A stretch of 64,000 nucleotides of DNA from an uncultured Thermoleophilia bacterium (GCA_963715985.1 CAVQSP010000008.1:122092-186091); one strand, 5' to 3'; shown: positions 42,285 through 52,639, numbered from the stretch's first letter. Program-made: numbers and translations. Notes: a model not told the origin generated them from the letters alone.

Positions 42285-42623
42285 TCAGCCCTGCAGCCAG
42301 CGGGCCACGACGAGGCCGCCCACCACGGCCAGGCCGTTGAGGGCGGCGTGCGTGATGGTGGGCGCCAGCACGACGATCCAGAGCACGCGGCGGGCGGAGG
42401 GCGACGGGCGCCACGCGGTCAGGCGTTCTGCCACCCACTTGCAGAACACGCCGACGCCGTAGCCGGCGGCCATGGAGATACCCGTGATGACGCCCTGCAT
42501 CAGGAACGGCCGCGGCAGAAGTGAGGGGGTGTACGAGAAGGCCACCAGCAGGAGCGAGGCGGCGAGCCCGACGATGCTGGGTGCGGCGAACAGGCGGCCG
42601 CGCTTCTCCGTGCGATCTGTCAC
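42285..42623 (-). pseudogene. Truncated N-terminal membrane fragment of Abhydrolase_9-type protein
   Basis: SYTPSLLPRPFLMQGVITGISMAAGYGVG hallmark; the catalytic domain is absent. Confidence 0.55.
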
Positions 42624-42734
42624 GTGCTGTCTCCTCTCGACGTGGAACGTCTCATCCGCATGCCCCGCACACGTTGGATGCTATAGGCTGAGAGAGCGAA
42701 AGTCCTTCCTGGCGAGGAGACACGAGGGGGAGCG

Positions 42735-43352
42735 ATGACGGAGCCCATGGAGGTCGCGGGTTCGGCCGAAGAGGTCGTCCCCGGCCTGTTTCACTGGCGC
42801 ATCAGTAACAGCAACATCGGCGGCGGCGTGTCCAGCTCCCACGCGCTCGTAGTGGGCGAGACCTGCGTGTTCATCGACCCCGTGCGTCTCGCTCCCGAGG
42901 CGCTCGCGGCGCTGCCGGCGCCTACCGCCATCCTGCTGACGGCACGCTGTCACCAGCGCGCCGCCTGGCGCTACCGCAGGGAGCTCGGCGCCGAGGTCTG
43001 GTTGCCGCTCGATGCGTCGGCGGCGGAGGAGGAGCCAGATCGCCGCTACGCAGACGCCGACGTACTGCCCGGCGGCCTGCTCGCGGTGCGCACGCCGGGC
43101 CCGGAGCGGCCCCACTACTCGCTGCTCGACGAGCGCGGCGACGGCATCGTCTTCTGTTCGGACCTCGTGAGTAACGCCGGCGGTGTGCTGCACTTCGTGC
43201 CGCCGGAGTTCCACGAGGACCCGGACGAGACGCGGCGCAGCGTGAAGAAGCTGCTCGACCTGCCGTTCTCGATCATGTGCTTCGACCACGGCGAGCCCAT
43301 CACCAGCGATCCCAAGGCGGCGCTGCGGGCCCTGCTGGAGAGCACCGCCTGA
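42735..43352 (+). CDS. MBL-fold metallo-hydrolase-like protein
   Basis: VFIDP, ILLTARCHQR, TPGP, FCSDL, CFDHG. Confidence 0.75.
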   Translation: MTEPMEVAGSAEEVVPGLFHWRISNSNIGGGVSSSHALVVGETCVFIDPVRLAPEALAALPAPTAILLTARCHQRAAWRYRRELGAEVWLPLDASAAEEEPDRRYADADVLPGGLLAVRTPGPERPHYSLLDERGDGIVFCSDLVSNAGGVLHFVPPEFHEDPDETRRSVKKLLDLPFSIMCFDHGEPITSDPKAALRALLESTA

Positions 43353-43394
43353 GCGCTGCCCCGGTGCGTCCGGACCTGCGTCAGGGTGTCCCCG

Positions 43395-44214
43395 TCAGGG
43401 CACAGGCGTCGGGTCCCAGGCGTAGTGCGCGCCCTCGTCGAGGGCGTCCAGCTCCGCCATGTCGGCGTCGCTCAGAATGAAGTCGAACACCGCGGCGTTC
43501 TCGTACGCGGTCGCGCGTGACCGACTTGGGGATGACGACGAGGTCGTGCTGGAGCGCCCAGCGGATGAGCACCTGGGCCGGCGTTCGGCCGTAGCGAGCA
43601 GCGACGGCGACGAGAACAGGGTCGTCCAGCCGGCGGCCGCGCGTGAGCGGGCTGTACGCCTCCAGCGCGATGCCGTGCGCGCGGCAGTACTCGAGCAGCT
43701 CGCGCTGGTACAGGAACGGGGAGAACTCGACCTGGTCTACAGACGGGGCTACTTCGCTCGCTGCGAGCAGCTCGTCGAGGTGGCGCGGCAGGTAGTTGCT
43801 CACCCCGATCGCCCTGGCCTTGCCGGCTGCGAGCGCCTCTTCCAGGGCGCGCCAGCTCTCCAGCCGCAGGCGCTCCACCGGCCAGTGGATGAGGTACAGG
43901 TCCACGGAGTCCACACCGAGATCGGCGAGACTCTCGTCAAGCGCTCGCTTCGCCTGCCGGTAGCCGTGGTCCTGGTTGCGCAGTTTCGTGGTGATGAAGA
44001 CGTCTTCGCGTGGCAGCCCGCTCGCGCGCACGACTTCACCGACGTCGCGCTCGTTGCCGTAGAGGCGCGCGGTGTCGATGTGGCGGTAGCCGGCCTCGAG
44101 CGCCCAGGTCACAGCGTCGCGGACCTCACGGCCGGCCGCCGCCCGCCAGACTCCGAGCCCGAGGCGCGGCATGAGCACCCCGTTGTCGAGCGTGATGGTC
44201 GAGGCGATGTCCAT
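43395..44214 (-). CDS. Aldo/keto reductase (indel near 43503)
   Basis: MPRLGLGVW, GYRHIDTARLYGNE, DLYLIHWP, IGVSN, VIPKS; true tail ..HYAWDPTPVP. Confidence 0.92.
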
Positions 44215-44321
44215 GTGAGCCGGGATACCCCGGGCCGTCGCGCCGCGAACCCGGGCGTGAGCCCCGGCCGGCATCGCGAGAGCGATGGAGCTCAGGGCCC
44301 TTGGTTGAATGGTGAAGTCGC

Positions 44322-44362
44322 GCGGACGGGGGCGGCGGCCGCAGGCCGCCGCCCCCGTCCGC
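44322..44362 (-). terminator. Perfect 19-bp hairpin with GCA loop (plus strand)
   Basis: GCGGACGGGGGCGGCGGCC-GCA-GGCCGCCGCCCCCGTCCGC after the stop of the minus-strand membrane gene. Confidence 0.65.
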
Positions 44363-44375
44363 AGGCGCGTGACTC

Positions 44376-44786
44376 TCAGGCGACGCGCGCGCCGAGCGGG
44401 GCGATCTCCTCGCGCCGCCGCAGGGCGTACACGGCCAGCGCCGTGATCGCGAGGCCGGCGGCGAAGCTGGCCGGCTGCAGCCAGCTGTTCAGGGTGATGA
44501 CCGCCACCTGCGCCACTATCCAGGACATCAGGATGACGCCCATGCCCAAAGAGACCCACGGGGCGATGCGCCGGCGCAGGAGCCAGACGGCGGTGGCGGC
44601 GATCATCCCGCCGCCGATGACGCCGAGCAGAAAGAGGCTGGGCACGGTGTAGTCGGGGAACGGGCTGCCTTCCAGCGAGGACGCCGGCACGCCCTTGACC
44701 CCGGCGAGGCCGTAATGCCGCCGCCGGCGGCGTATCGCGGCGACCAGCAGCTGGATGGCGATCAGGGCGATCCTCACGCGCTTCAT
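44376..44786 (-). CDS. Small 4-TM membrane protein
   Basis: LEGSPFPDYTVPSLFLLGVIG, WIVAQVAVI..SWLQP; RBS GAGGAG. Confidence 0.75.
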   Translation of the reverse strand: MKRVRIALIAIQLLVAAIRRRRRHYGLAGVKGVPASSLEGSPFPDYTVPSLFLLGVIGGGMIAATAVWLLRRRIAPWVSLGMGVILMSWIVAQVAVITLNSWLQPASFAAGLAITALAVYALRRREEIAPLGARVA

Positions 44787-44832
44787 TTCGGCTCTCCTCA
44801 CGTCTGTTGTGTCTGCGTCGATGATGGGATAC

Positions 44833-44895
44833 CGTTAGAGTAACAGCGTTTCGGTAACATCGTAACGGTAACAACGTTGACACGCCGTGTCAACG
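44833..44895. promoter_or_regulatory. Putative TetR operator region
   Basis: Low-GC divergent intergenic region; CGTTGACACG-C-CGTGTCAACG (44875-44895) plus four GTAAC repeats. Confidence 0.65.
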
Positions 44896-44918
44896 GTCTG
44901 CGCGCGATCGGAGGAGAC

Positions 44919-45588
44919 GTGAGCCCAGGGAAGAGGGATCCGGGCGGCGGCCCGGTGACCGCGGAGCGTGTGGTGGAGGCCGCCCTGCGCGTGATCGACC
45001 AGGACGGGCTCGACGCCCTCACCATGCGCCGCCTGGCGCACGACCTGGGCGTCGAGCCCGTCACCGTGTACCGGCAGCTGCCGAACAAGGAGGCCATCCT
45101 CGCGGCGGTGTCGGAGCGGCTGTGGCAGCAGGTACGGCCCACGGAGGAGGATCTGCCGGAGGGCGCCGGCTGGCGGGTGCGCATCCGTGCCATGTGGCTG
45201 ACGCTGTACGCTGTGATGCTGGCGCACCCCAACGCCATCCCGCTGATCGCCAAGGGCGGCGGCTACTCGGCTTCGGCGGCCGGAGGGACGGCCGCCATGG
45301 CCGCGCTGCTGAGCGAAGCGGGGCTGTCCCCGGACGATGCCGCGGAGCAGATCCACATCCTCGGCCTGCGTGGTCGGCTTCGGGTTCGCGAGGCTCTGGG
45401 CGGGCGAGCTGGCCGGCGGCGGGCGGCCGGAGCAGCCGGCGGGTGAGCCTCCGGCGCCCCCGCCGCCCGAGCTCCTGCCGTACCTCGCACGGCTCGCCCG
45501 GTGGGACGCCGGCGAGTTCGGCAGGGCCCTCGACATCGTCCTGGGAGCCTACGGCGCTGCCGGTGACTCGCCGGCCGCAGACGGCTGA
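44919..45588 (+). CDS. TetR/AcrR family regulator (indel near 45365)
   Basis: VVEAALRVIDQDGLDALTMRRLAHDLGVEPVTVYRQLPNKE HTH; RBS GGAGGAG. Confidence 0.9.
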
Positions 45589-45799
45589 GCACGGCAACGG
45601 GGCGGCTGGGGAGGCCGCCGCGTTCGACGGCGCTCATCGTGCGATGCCGGCCCAGTCGGCGGCGGGGTGCGGAGCGACGATGCCACCGGCGAGCGTGACG
45701 CGGGAACGGCCTCGTTGCCGCCCGCCCGCCGTTGCCGCCCGCCCGCCGCCGCCGTAGCATCGTGCGAGCACACGATCACCGCAGCGCGGGGAGGGCCGC

Positions 45800-46859
45800 A
45801 TGGAACGCATCAGGTTCGAGCGCACCGTCGAGAAGGCGGCCTTCCACAGTCCACTGGCCGGCATGGCGCTGGCCGAGCAGGTCATCGAGGTGCGCCGCGA
45901 TCCCCTCACCGGCATGACCGCCGTGGCCTCTTCGGAGCTCAGGACCAAGGAGGAGACCTTCTACGGCAAGACCGACTGGGAGTATGCCGACGCGCTGGCC
46001 GCGCGCACGCGCGAGGGGTGCTTCTTCTGCCCCGAGAAGGTCCTGCAGACCACGCCCAGGTATCCCGACGACGTGCTGCCCGGCGGGCGCCTGGAGCGCG
46101 GCCGCGCTCTCGTCTTCCCCAACCTGTTCCCGCTCGCCGGCCTGCACGCGGTGGTCACGTATCCCGGAGAGGCACTCGCTGCGGCCCTCGGAGTTCACGC
46201 CCGACCTGCTCGAGGAGGGCATCGGCGCGGCGGTCGAGTTCGCCGGCCGCGCCGAGCTCGCGTACCCCGGCCTCGAGCACCTCGAGCTGTGCTGCAACCA
46301 CATGCTGCCGGCCGGGGCGAGCCTCGTGCACCCGCACTTCCAGGTCTTCGGGGGTCCGGCGGCGCCGTGGCTGATCCGCCTGGTCTGGGAGCAGGCTGAG
46401 GCGTTCGCCGCAGAGCATGGCATGTCGTACTGGCAGGCGCTCGTGGACGAGGAGACGGAGCGCGGCGAGCGTTTCGTGAGCGCCGTGGACGGCTGTACCT
46501 GGGTCACGGCGTTCGCCCCCACCGGCGGCCGTGAGGCGTTCGCCGTGGTGCCCGGCGTGCGGCGCGTGAGCGAACTCGGCGACGAGCACGTGGCCGCGCT
46601 CGCGGCGGGGCTGTCGCGCGTGCTGGACCTGTACGAGCGGGAGGGCCTCTCGGCCTTCAACTTCACGCTCGGCGGCGGCCCGCTCTCCGCGGACACGGCC
46701 GCACACGCCGTCACGCTGCGGGTGGTGGCGCGGTCGGCCTTCAAGCCCGACTACCGTACCGACGACTACTTCCTCCAGAAGCAGCTGGGCGGCGAGCTCA
46801 TCTTCGTGCCGCCGGAGGAGCTCGCGGCAACGCTGCGGGGAGGCCTCGCCGGCGCCTGA
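45800..46859 (+). CDS. Galactose-1-phosphate uridylyltransferase-like (HIT superfamily) protein (indel near 46170)
   Basis: RRDPLTG, CFFCP, FPNLFP, GASLVHPHFQ. Confidence 0.8.
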
Positions 46860-46899
46860 CGCGGCGCGGCCGTCCGCGCCGCGATGATACGCTCAAGGC

Positions 46900-48177
46900 G
46901 TGGAACCGTCCCTACAGAGCGCGCCGCGCGGCCGCCGCGACGTGCTCGTCTTCGTCTCGATCCTGGGCGGCGTGTGCATGCTGGGCGCGCTCGCCACGGA
47001 TCTCTTTCAGCCGGGCCTGCCTGCGCTGGCTGCCGACATGGACGCCGGCACGCGCGCCGTCCAGCTCGCGGTGACGGCGGTGCTTCTCGGCATGGCCGTG
47101 GGGCAGCTCACCGTCGGGCCGCTCAGCGACAGCATCGGGCGGAGGGCGCCGTTGCTCGTCGGCCTCGTCCTCTTCGTGGTCTCCTCGTTTCTGTGTGCCG
47201 TCGCCCCCTCGGTGGGCGTCCTCATCGCGATGCGCCTGCTCCAGGGGATCGCCGCGGCCACGGGCATCGCGCTGGCCAACGCCATGGTGGCCGACCACTT
47301 CCACGGCAGCGAGGCCGCGCGCGTGCTCTCGCGCCTCGTGATGGTGAGCCTGCTGCCGCCGGTCATCGGACCGCTGGCCGGCGGCCAGCTGCTGCGCGTG
47401 GCCTCGTGGCGCTGGCTGTTCGTGGTCATGGCCGCGGTGGGCGTGGCGTTGCTCGTCGCCGCGGGGCTCGGCCTCCCCGAAAGCCTGCCGCGGGAGCGGC
47501 GCGCCCCGTCGGGCGTCCGCGCCGTCTTCGCCGGGATGGGCGGGCTGTGGCGTGACGCCGGGTTCGTGGGGCTCACGCTCTCGGCGGCCCTGATGATCGG
47601 GGCGTTCTTCGCCTATCTCACCGCCGCCTCGCTCGTCATCCAGGACGAGTTCGGTATCTCTCCGGCGGCCTTCGGCGTGCTCTTCAGCATCAACGCCGTG
47701 GGCATGATCGTCGCGACCTATCTCAACCATGTGCTGCTCGCGTGGTTCACGCCGCGCGCGCTGGCGACCGCAGGCGTCGCCGGCTGCGTGGTGGCCGGCA
47801 TGAGCGCCCTCGCCGTGACCCTGATCGGCGGCCTCGGGCTGACGGCTCTCGCCATCCCCCTCTTCCTGCTCGTCTTCAGCGCGGGCCTCGCACTGCCCGA
47901 CCTCACCGCGCTGGCCCTGTCGCGGCATCCCGACAAGGCCGGGGCGGCGGCGGCAGGCTACGGCACCGTGCGCCTCGGCCTGGCGTCGCTGATGACGCCG
48001 CTCGTCGGACTGGGTGGCGCCGTGGCGGTCTTGCCGATGACGGCGGTCATGGCCGCTGCCAGCGTCGGGTCGCTGGCCGTTCTCGCCGTCGTCTGGCGGC
48101 GGGTGGGCGACGCGCAGCCGCAGGCGGGTGCGCCGCTGACACCCGGCGAGGCCGCGGAGGACGTGGCCGTCGGCTGA
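46900..48177 (+). CDS. Bcr/CflA family MFS efflux transporter
   Basis: TDLFQPGLP, GPLSDSIGRR, WRWLF, LPESL. Confidence 0.88.
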   Translation: MEPSLQSAPRGRRDVLVFVSILGGVCMLGALATDLFQPGLPALAADMDAGTRAVQLAVTAVLLGMAVGQLTVGPLSDSIGRRAPLLVGLVLFVVSSFLCAVAPSVGVLIAMRLLQGIAAATGIALANAMVADHFHGSEAARVLSRLVMVSLLPPVIGPLAGGQLLRVASWRWLFVVMAAVGVALLVAAGLGLPESLPRERRAPSGVRAVFAGMGGLWRDAGFVGLTLSAALMIGAFFAYLTAASLVIQDEFGISPAAFGVLFSINAVGMIVATYLNHVLLAWFTPRALATAGVAGCVVAGMSALAVTLIGGLGLTALAIPLFLLVFSAGLALPDLTALALSRHPDKAGAAAAGYGTVRLGLASLMTPLVGLGGAVAVLPMTAVMAAASVGSLAVLAVVWRRVGDAQPQAGAPLTPGEAAEDVAVG

Positions 48178-48281
48178 CGAGCCGGGGTCCGCTCGCGCCG
48201 CCGCCGCGGCCACTCTTCCTTACACATTTGGGGCGCCTCCCCGGCGTGGAACACTGAGAGTGAGCGTAGAGAGGAGGAGAC

Positions 48282-48434
48282 ATGGACGAGCACTTCCTGT
48301 GCGAGGACTGCGGTCACGAGTTCCCCAAGACCAGCCTGGAGCGGGACATCGAGGATGACCTCGAGGGGATCTCCTGCCCCGAGTGCGAGGGGCTGGACAT
48401 CCAGCTGGTCACGTCGGAGAATGCCGCGGGCTAG
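48282..48434 (+). CDS. 50-aa acidic zinc-ribbon protein (below the ORF-track cutoff)
   Basis: RBS GAGGAGG then MDEHFLCEDCGHEF..ISCPECEGLDIQLV; two CxxC pairs. Confidence 0.75.
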   Translation: MDEHFLCEDCGHEFPKTSLERDIEDDLEGISCPECEGLDIQLVTSENAAG

Positions 48435-48574
48435 ACTGGACGCCCTGCACCGGCCGGGCAAGGTGGGCTGAAGCTCCCTCGTCCGGCGTTCGTGAACGCC
48501 GCGGACTGTGATGACAGGCGCGGAGGGCACAGCGTGGCTCTTCTCTCACGTCTCCTGTGCTATCCTCGGCGACC

Positions 48575-50296
48575 GTGAGCAGTCAGACGCCATCGGTGCC
48601 GGAGCGCGGCGACTTCATCCGTGAGATCGTCGCCGCCGACCTTCGCGAGGGCCGGCATCAGACCGTCGTCACGCGCTTCCCCCCCGAGCCCAACGGCTAC
48701 CTCCACATCGGCCACGCCAAGTCGATCTGCCTCAACTTCGGCATCCCTGAGGAGTTCGGCGGCCGCTGCAACCTGCGCTTCGACGACACCAACCCGATGA
48801 AGGAAGAGCAGGAGTACATCGACGCCATCGAGAAGGACGTACGCTGGCTCGGCTTCGACTGGGGTGAGCACCTCTACTACGCCTCGGACTACTTCGAGCA
48901 GCTCTACGAGTGGGCCGTGGACCTCATCGAGGCCGGCAAGGCCTACGTGGACGACCTCACGGCCGACGAGATCCGCGAGCACCGCGGCACGTTCACCGAG
49001 CCCGGCCGCGAGAGCCCGTGGCGGGACCGGCCGGCGGAGGAGAGCCTCGACCTGTTCGCGCGCATGCGCGCCGGCGAGTTCCCCGACGGGTCACGTGTGC
49101 TGCGCGCGAGGATCGACATGGCCTCGCCCAACATCAACCTGCGCGACCCGGTCTTGTATCGCATCCTTCACGCCGAGCACCCGCGCACCGGCGAGGCCTG
49201 GTGCGTGTACCCGATGTACGACTTCGCCCACGGCCAGTCCGACGCCATCGAGGGCATCACGCACTCCATCTGCACCCTCGAGTTCGAGTCCCACCGGCCG
49301 CTGTACGACTGGCTCATCGAGAATCTGCCGGTGCCGTCGCATCCGCGGCAGTACGAGTTCGCGCGCCTCAACCTGACGCACACGGTGCTCTCCAAGCGCA
49401 CGCTTCTGCGCCTCGTCAACGAGGGCCACGTGCGCGGCTGGGACGACCCCCGCATGCCCACCCTGTCCGGCATCCGCCGCCGCGGCTTCCCTGCCGAGGG
49501 GATCCGCGACTTCGTCTCCATGGTCGGAGTGGCCAAGACCGACAGCGTCGTCGAGGTGGGCATGCTGGAGCACGCGGTGCGCACCGTCCTCAACCGCACG
49601 GCGTCCCGCCGTTTCGCCGTGCTCGATCCCCTCAAGGTCGTCATCGAGAACTACCCGGAGGGGCAGGTCGAGGACATGGAGATCCCCAACAACCCGGAGG
49701 ATCCCGACGCAGGGACGCGCCCCGTGCCCTTCTCGCGGGAGCTCTGGATCGAGCGCGACGACTTCATGGAGGACCCGCCGCGCAAGTTCTTCCGTCTGGC
49801 GCCGGGACGGGAGGTCCGCCTGCGGTCGGCGTACTTCGTGACCTGCACCGACGTCGTCAAGGACGCCGCCGGCAGGATCGTCGAGCTGCGCTGCGCGTAC
49901 GACCCGGCGACCCGCGGCGGCGACGCGCCCGACGGCCGCCGCCCCAAGGCGACCCTCCACTGGGTGTCGGCCGCCCACGCCGTGCCCGCGGAGGTGCGGC
50001 TCTACGACTACCTCTTCCGCGACCCGTACCCCGGGTCCGACGGCCGCGACCTCTTCGAGGACCTCGACCCGGACTCCGAGACGGTGCTCCGGGGCTGCTG
50101 CGTCGAGCCGAGCCTCGCCGACGTGCCCGTGGGGGAGACCGTGCAGTTCGAACGGCTCGGCTACTTCTGCCCGGACCCGGACTCGGCGCCCGGCGCGCTC
50201 GTCTTCAACCGTACGCTCACGCTCCGCGACACCTGGGCGAAGCTGCAGGCGCAGGGACGGCAGGACGAGCCGGCGCCACGGCCGCTGGTGGGGTGA
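48575..50296 (+). CDS. glnS: Glutamine--tRNA ligase
   Basis: [54 protein letters not shown]. Confidence 0.95.
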   Translation: MSSQTPSVPERGDFIREIVAADLREGRHQTVVTRFPPEPNGYLHIGHAKSICLNFGIPEEFGGRCNLRFDDTNPMKEEQEYIDAIEKDVRWLGFDWGEHLYYASDYFEQLYEWAVDLIEAGKAYVDDLTADEIREHRGTFTEPGRESPWRDRPAEESLDLFARMRAGEFPDGSRVLRARIDMASPNINLRDPVLYRILHAEHPRTGEAWCVYPMYDFAHGQSDAIEGITHSICTLEFESHRPLYDWLIENLPVPSHPRQYEFARLNLTHTVLSKRTLLRLVNEGHVRGWDDPRMPTLSGIRRRGFPAEGIRDFVSMVGVAKTDSVVEVGMLEHAVRTVLNRTASRRFAVLDPLKVVIENYPEGQVEDMEIPNNPEDPDAGTRPVPFSRELWIERDDFMEDPPRKFFRLAPGREVRLRSAYFVTCTDVVKDAAGRIVELRCAYDPATRGGDAPDGRRPKATLHWVSAAHAVPAEVRLYDYLFRDPYPGSDGRDLFEDLDPDSETVLRGCCVEPSLADVPVGETVQFERLGYFCPDPDSAPGALVFNRTLTLRDTWAKLQAQGRQDEPAPRPLVG

Positions 50297-50315
50297 CCCG
50301 CATCCCTCCTCACGC

Positions 50316-50344
50316 TTGAGGAGCGTGCTGTCGCGCGGTACACT
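50316..50344 (+). promoter_or_regulatory. tRNA promoter
   Basis: TTGAGG-N17-TACACT directly upstream of tRNA-Gln. Confidence 0.6.
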
Positions 50345-50356
50345 ACTTCCCCGCGC

Positions 50357-50432
50357 TGGCGAGTGGCCTAATTGGCAAGGCACCTGACTCTGGATCAGGG
50401 GATTGAAGGTTCGAGTCCTTCCTCGCCAGCCA
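50357..50432 (+). tRNA. tRNA-Gln(CTG)
   Basis: Acceptor stem TGGCGAG/CTCGCCA, anticodon arm CCTGA-CTCTGGA-TCAGG, T-loop GGTTCGAGTCC, encoded CCA. Confidence 0.96.
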
Positions 50433-50894
50433 TCTTCTCCATCCTTCACTGTTCTTCGCGGGCACGCGCAACGAACCCTCACGGGAACAACGGCGAAGGC
50501 GGCCCGAGAAGCTGCGCGCGCGGCAGCGACCGAGCAGTGGAGATCCGCGGGCACGGTCGCATCTCCGCTCGATCGCGCTGGCTGCCAGACGGCGGTTGAC
50601 GCCATGGTCCGTCACGCGGGTGTTGCGCCCTCCGCGCCCACGGGGCAGATTGAGGACGCATGCGCACCGCAGACTTCGCATGGGCAGGCTCTCCGTCGCC
50701 GAGCAGCGTGGAGCGCATCCGGGCCGAATGACCCCACGCCTACGTCGTAGCGCTCGGCCGCCGAGGCAGTCATTCTCGATGACGCACTGTGGTAGAAGCT
50801 GCGCTCCTCAGGCCCCAGGCAGCAGAGTTCTCCGCGCCATTGCCGTCGCGCTCGCTGCGGCCCGCGTTCGCCGGAGGCGTCCCAATGATCTACG

Positions 50895-52306
50895 AGTTGA
50901 GTCCCGTAATGTGGTGTACAAGCTCCGGGCCTGAGAGCTGACGAAGCATCGGCCACCGGAAGCGTCCTAGAATCGTCGTTGTTCCGGCAAGAACAGTGAC
51001 GAGAGGAGCACCACGATGGCCGACCTGAACAGCATGACCGTGAGCGAGGCCGCGGGCAAGATGCTGACCGGAGAGCACGCCGACGTTCTGCGCGAGGCGG
51101 TGCGCCTGATGCTGCGAGAGATCATGGAAGCTGAGGTCGCCGAGCTCGCTGGCGGCGAGCGCTACGAGCGTTCGGAGGAGCGCTCAAGCTACCGCAACGG
51201 CTACCGCGAGCGCCGCTTCGACACCCGGGTCGGCAGCCTCGAGCTGGCGATCCCGCGGCTGCGCAGCGGCAGCTACTTCCCGAGCTTCCTCGAGCCGCGG
51301 AGGCGCTCAGAGCAGGCTCTGGTCGCGGTAGTCGCCGAGGCCTACGTGAACGGCGTCTCCACGCGCAAGGTCGAGCGCCTCGCATCCCAGCTCGGCATCG
51401 AGAGCATGAGCCGCTCCACGGTGAGCCGGCTCTGCCGCACGCTCGACGAGCAGGTGCGGGTCTTCAGGGAGCGCCCGCTGGAGGGCCGCTACCCCTACCT
51501 CTGGCTCGATGCCAAGGTGGAGCGCGTACGCGAGGCCGGCGGCGTGCGTCATAAGGCCCTCGTGGTCGCCTACGGCGTGCACGAGACGGGACGCCGTGAG
51601 GTGATCGGCATCGACGTCGGCGAGGCCGAGACGGAGGTCTTCTGGCGCGAGTTCCTGCGCGGCCTGCTGGCCCGCGGCCTGGACGGCGTGCGGCTCTGCG
51701 TCTCCGACGCCCACGAGGGCCTGAAGAGGGCGATCGCCCAGGTGCTCGGCTGCCCCTGGCAGAGGTGCACCGTGCACTTCCTGCGTGACATGCAGGGCCA
51801 CGTGCACCGAAGCCAGCAGCAGATGGTCGCGGCGGCGATCCGCCAGGTGTTCGCCGCCGAGGAGCTCGCCGAGGCGCGCACGCGACTGGCCGGCGTGGTC
51901 GCCGGCCTCGAGACGGCGGCGCCAAAGGTGGCCCTGCTGCTCGAGGCCGCCGAGGAGGAACTGCTCGCCTTCATGGCCTTTCCTCGTGAGCACTGGACGA
52001 AGCTGCGCTCGACCAACCCCCTCGAACGCCTCAACAAGGAGATCGCGCGCAGAAGCGACGTGGTCGGCATCTACCCGAACGACGCGAGCCTCGTGCGCCT
52101 CGCTGGGGCCCTGCTGCATCGAACAGAACGATGAGTGGCTCGTCGGCCGCAGGTACCTCTCGGCGGAGTCGCTCACCGGACTCTACGCCGCAGAGCAGAC
52201 CCGCGAGCCGGAGCGCCTCGGCGCCGAAGCAGCGGGAGGTGGTCCTGCTCACGACCCGATGACCCTGACGACGATCAGGAACTACACCACGTCGAGGGAC
52301 GCGTCC
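50895..52306 (+). mobile_element. IS256-family insertion sequence (ends approximate)
   Basis: Imperfect TIRs GTCCC-N5-GTGGTGTA (50901-50918) and its reverse complement (52283-52300) flank the transposase. Confidence 0.85.
51016..52262 (+). CDS. IS256-family transposase (indels near 52115 and near the 3' end)
   Basis: YRNGYRER, IPRLRSGSYFP, YLWLDA, VSDAHEGL, WQRCTVHF, STNPLERLNKE; EQNDEW in the next frame. Confidence 0.93.
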
Positions 52307-52375
52307 CAACGAAGGCAATCGTGGACCGGGCATCTGGGTTGCAGAATGACTGCAAAACGGCCGGTACGCCAGGCA
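52301..52375 (+). repeat. att-arm-like repeat, copy A
   Basis: GCGTCCCAACGAAGGCAATCGTGGACCGGGCATCTGGGTTGCAGAATGACTGCA..GCCAGGCA, near-identical to 57024-57094. Confidence 0.85.
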
Positions 52376-52387
52376 GTTGTGCCCGGA

Positions 52388-52537
52388 GCCGGCGTGCACC
52401 CCAAGGTCGTCTCAGAGCGCCTCGGTCACGCCTCCCTCGGCATCACCTTGGACACGTACAGCCATGTGATGCCGGGCATGCAGGAAGAGGCGGCCGAGAA
52501 GATCGACGCGGGACTGAGGAAGGCGCCGGCGGGGTGA
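52388..52537 (+). pseudogene. Tyrosine integrase C-terminal remnant 1
   Basis: AGVHPKVVSERLGHASLGITLDTYSHVMPGMQEEAAEKID (LGH and catalytic Tyr box). Confidence 0.88.
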
Positions 52538-52639
52538 TGGCACGCCGGCAGCGGCCGCTTCTGTCGGCGGCCCCCGCCGCACCTCCGTCACGCTCTGCAC
52601 TCTCGTCTGAGCCTCCCAAGTCGCGGGCACATGGAGACC

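Noticed and set aside
48435-48574. T-box leader upstream of glnS
   Set aside because: No GGTGGnACC T-box or terminator is present, and a -10 lies 8 nt before the start, suggesting a leaderless mRNA.
50433-50880. Duplicated tRNA-Gln 3' end marking an island integrated in tRNA-Gln
   Set aside because: No second copy of the tRNA-Gln 3' sequence was found in the window; the att evidence points to tRNA-Glu instead.
51785-52537. 250-aa ORF that looks like a transposase-integrase fusion
   Set aside because: The frame runs by chance through the frameshifted transposase tail, the IS end, the non-coding arm and the integrase remnant; it has no credible start.
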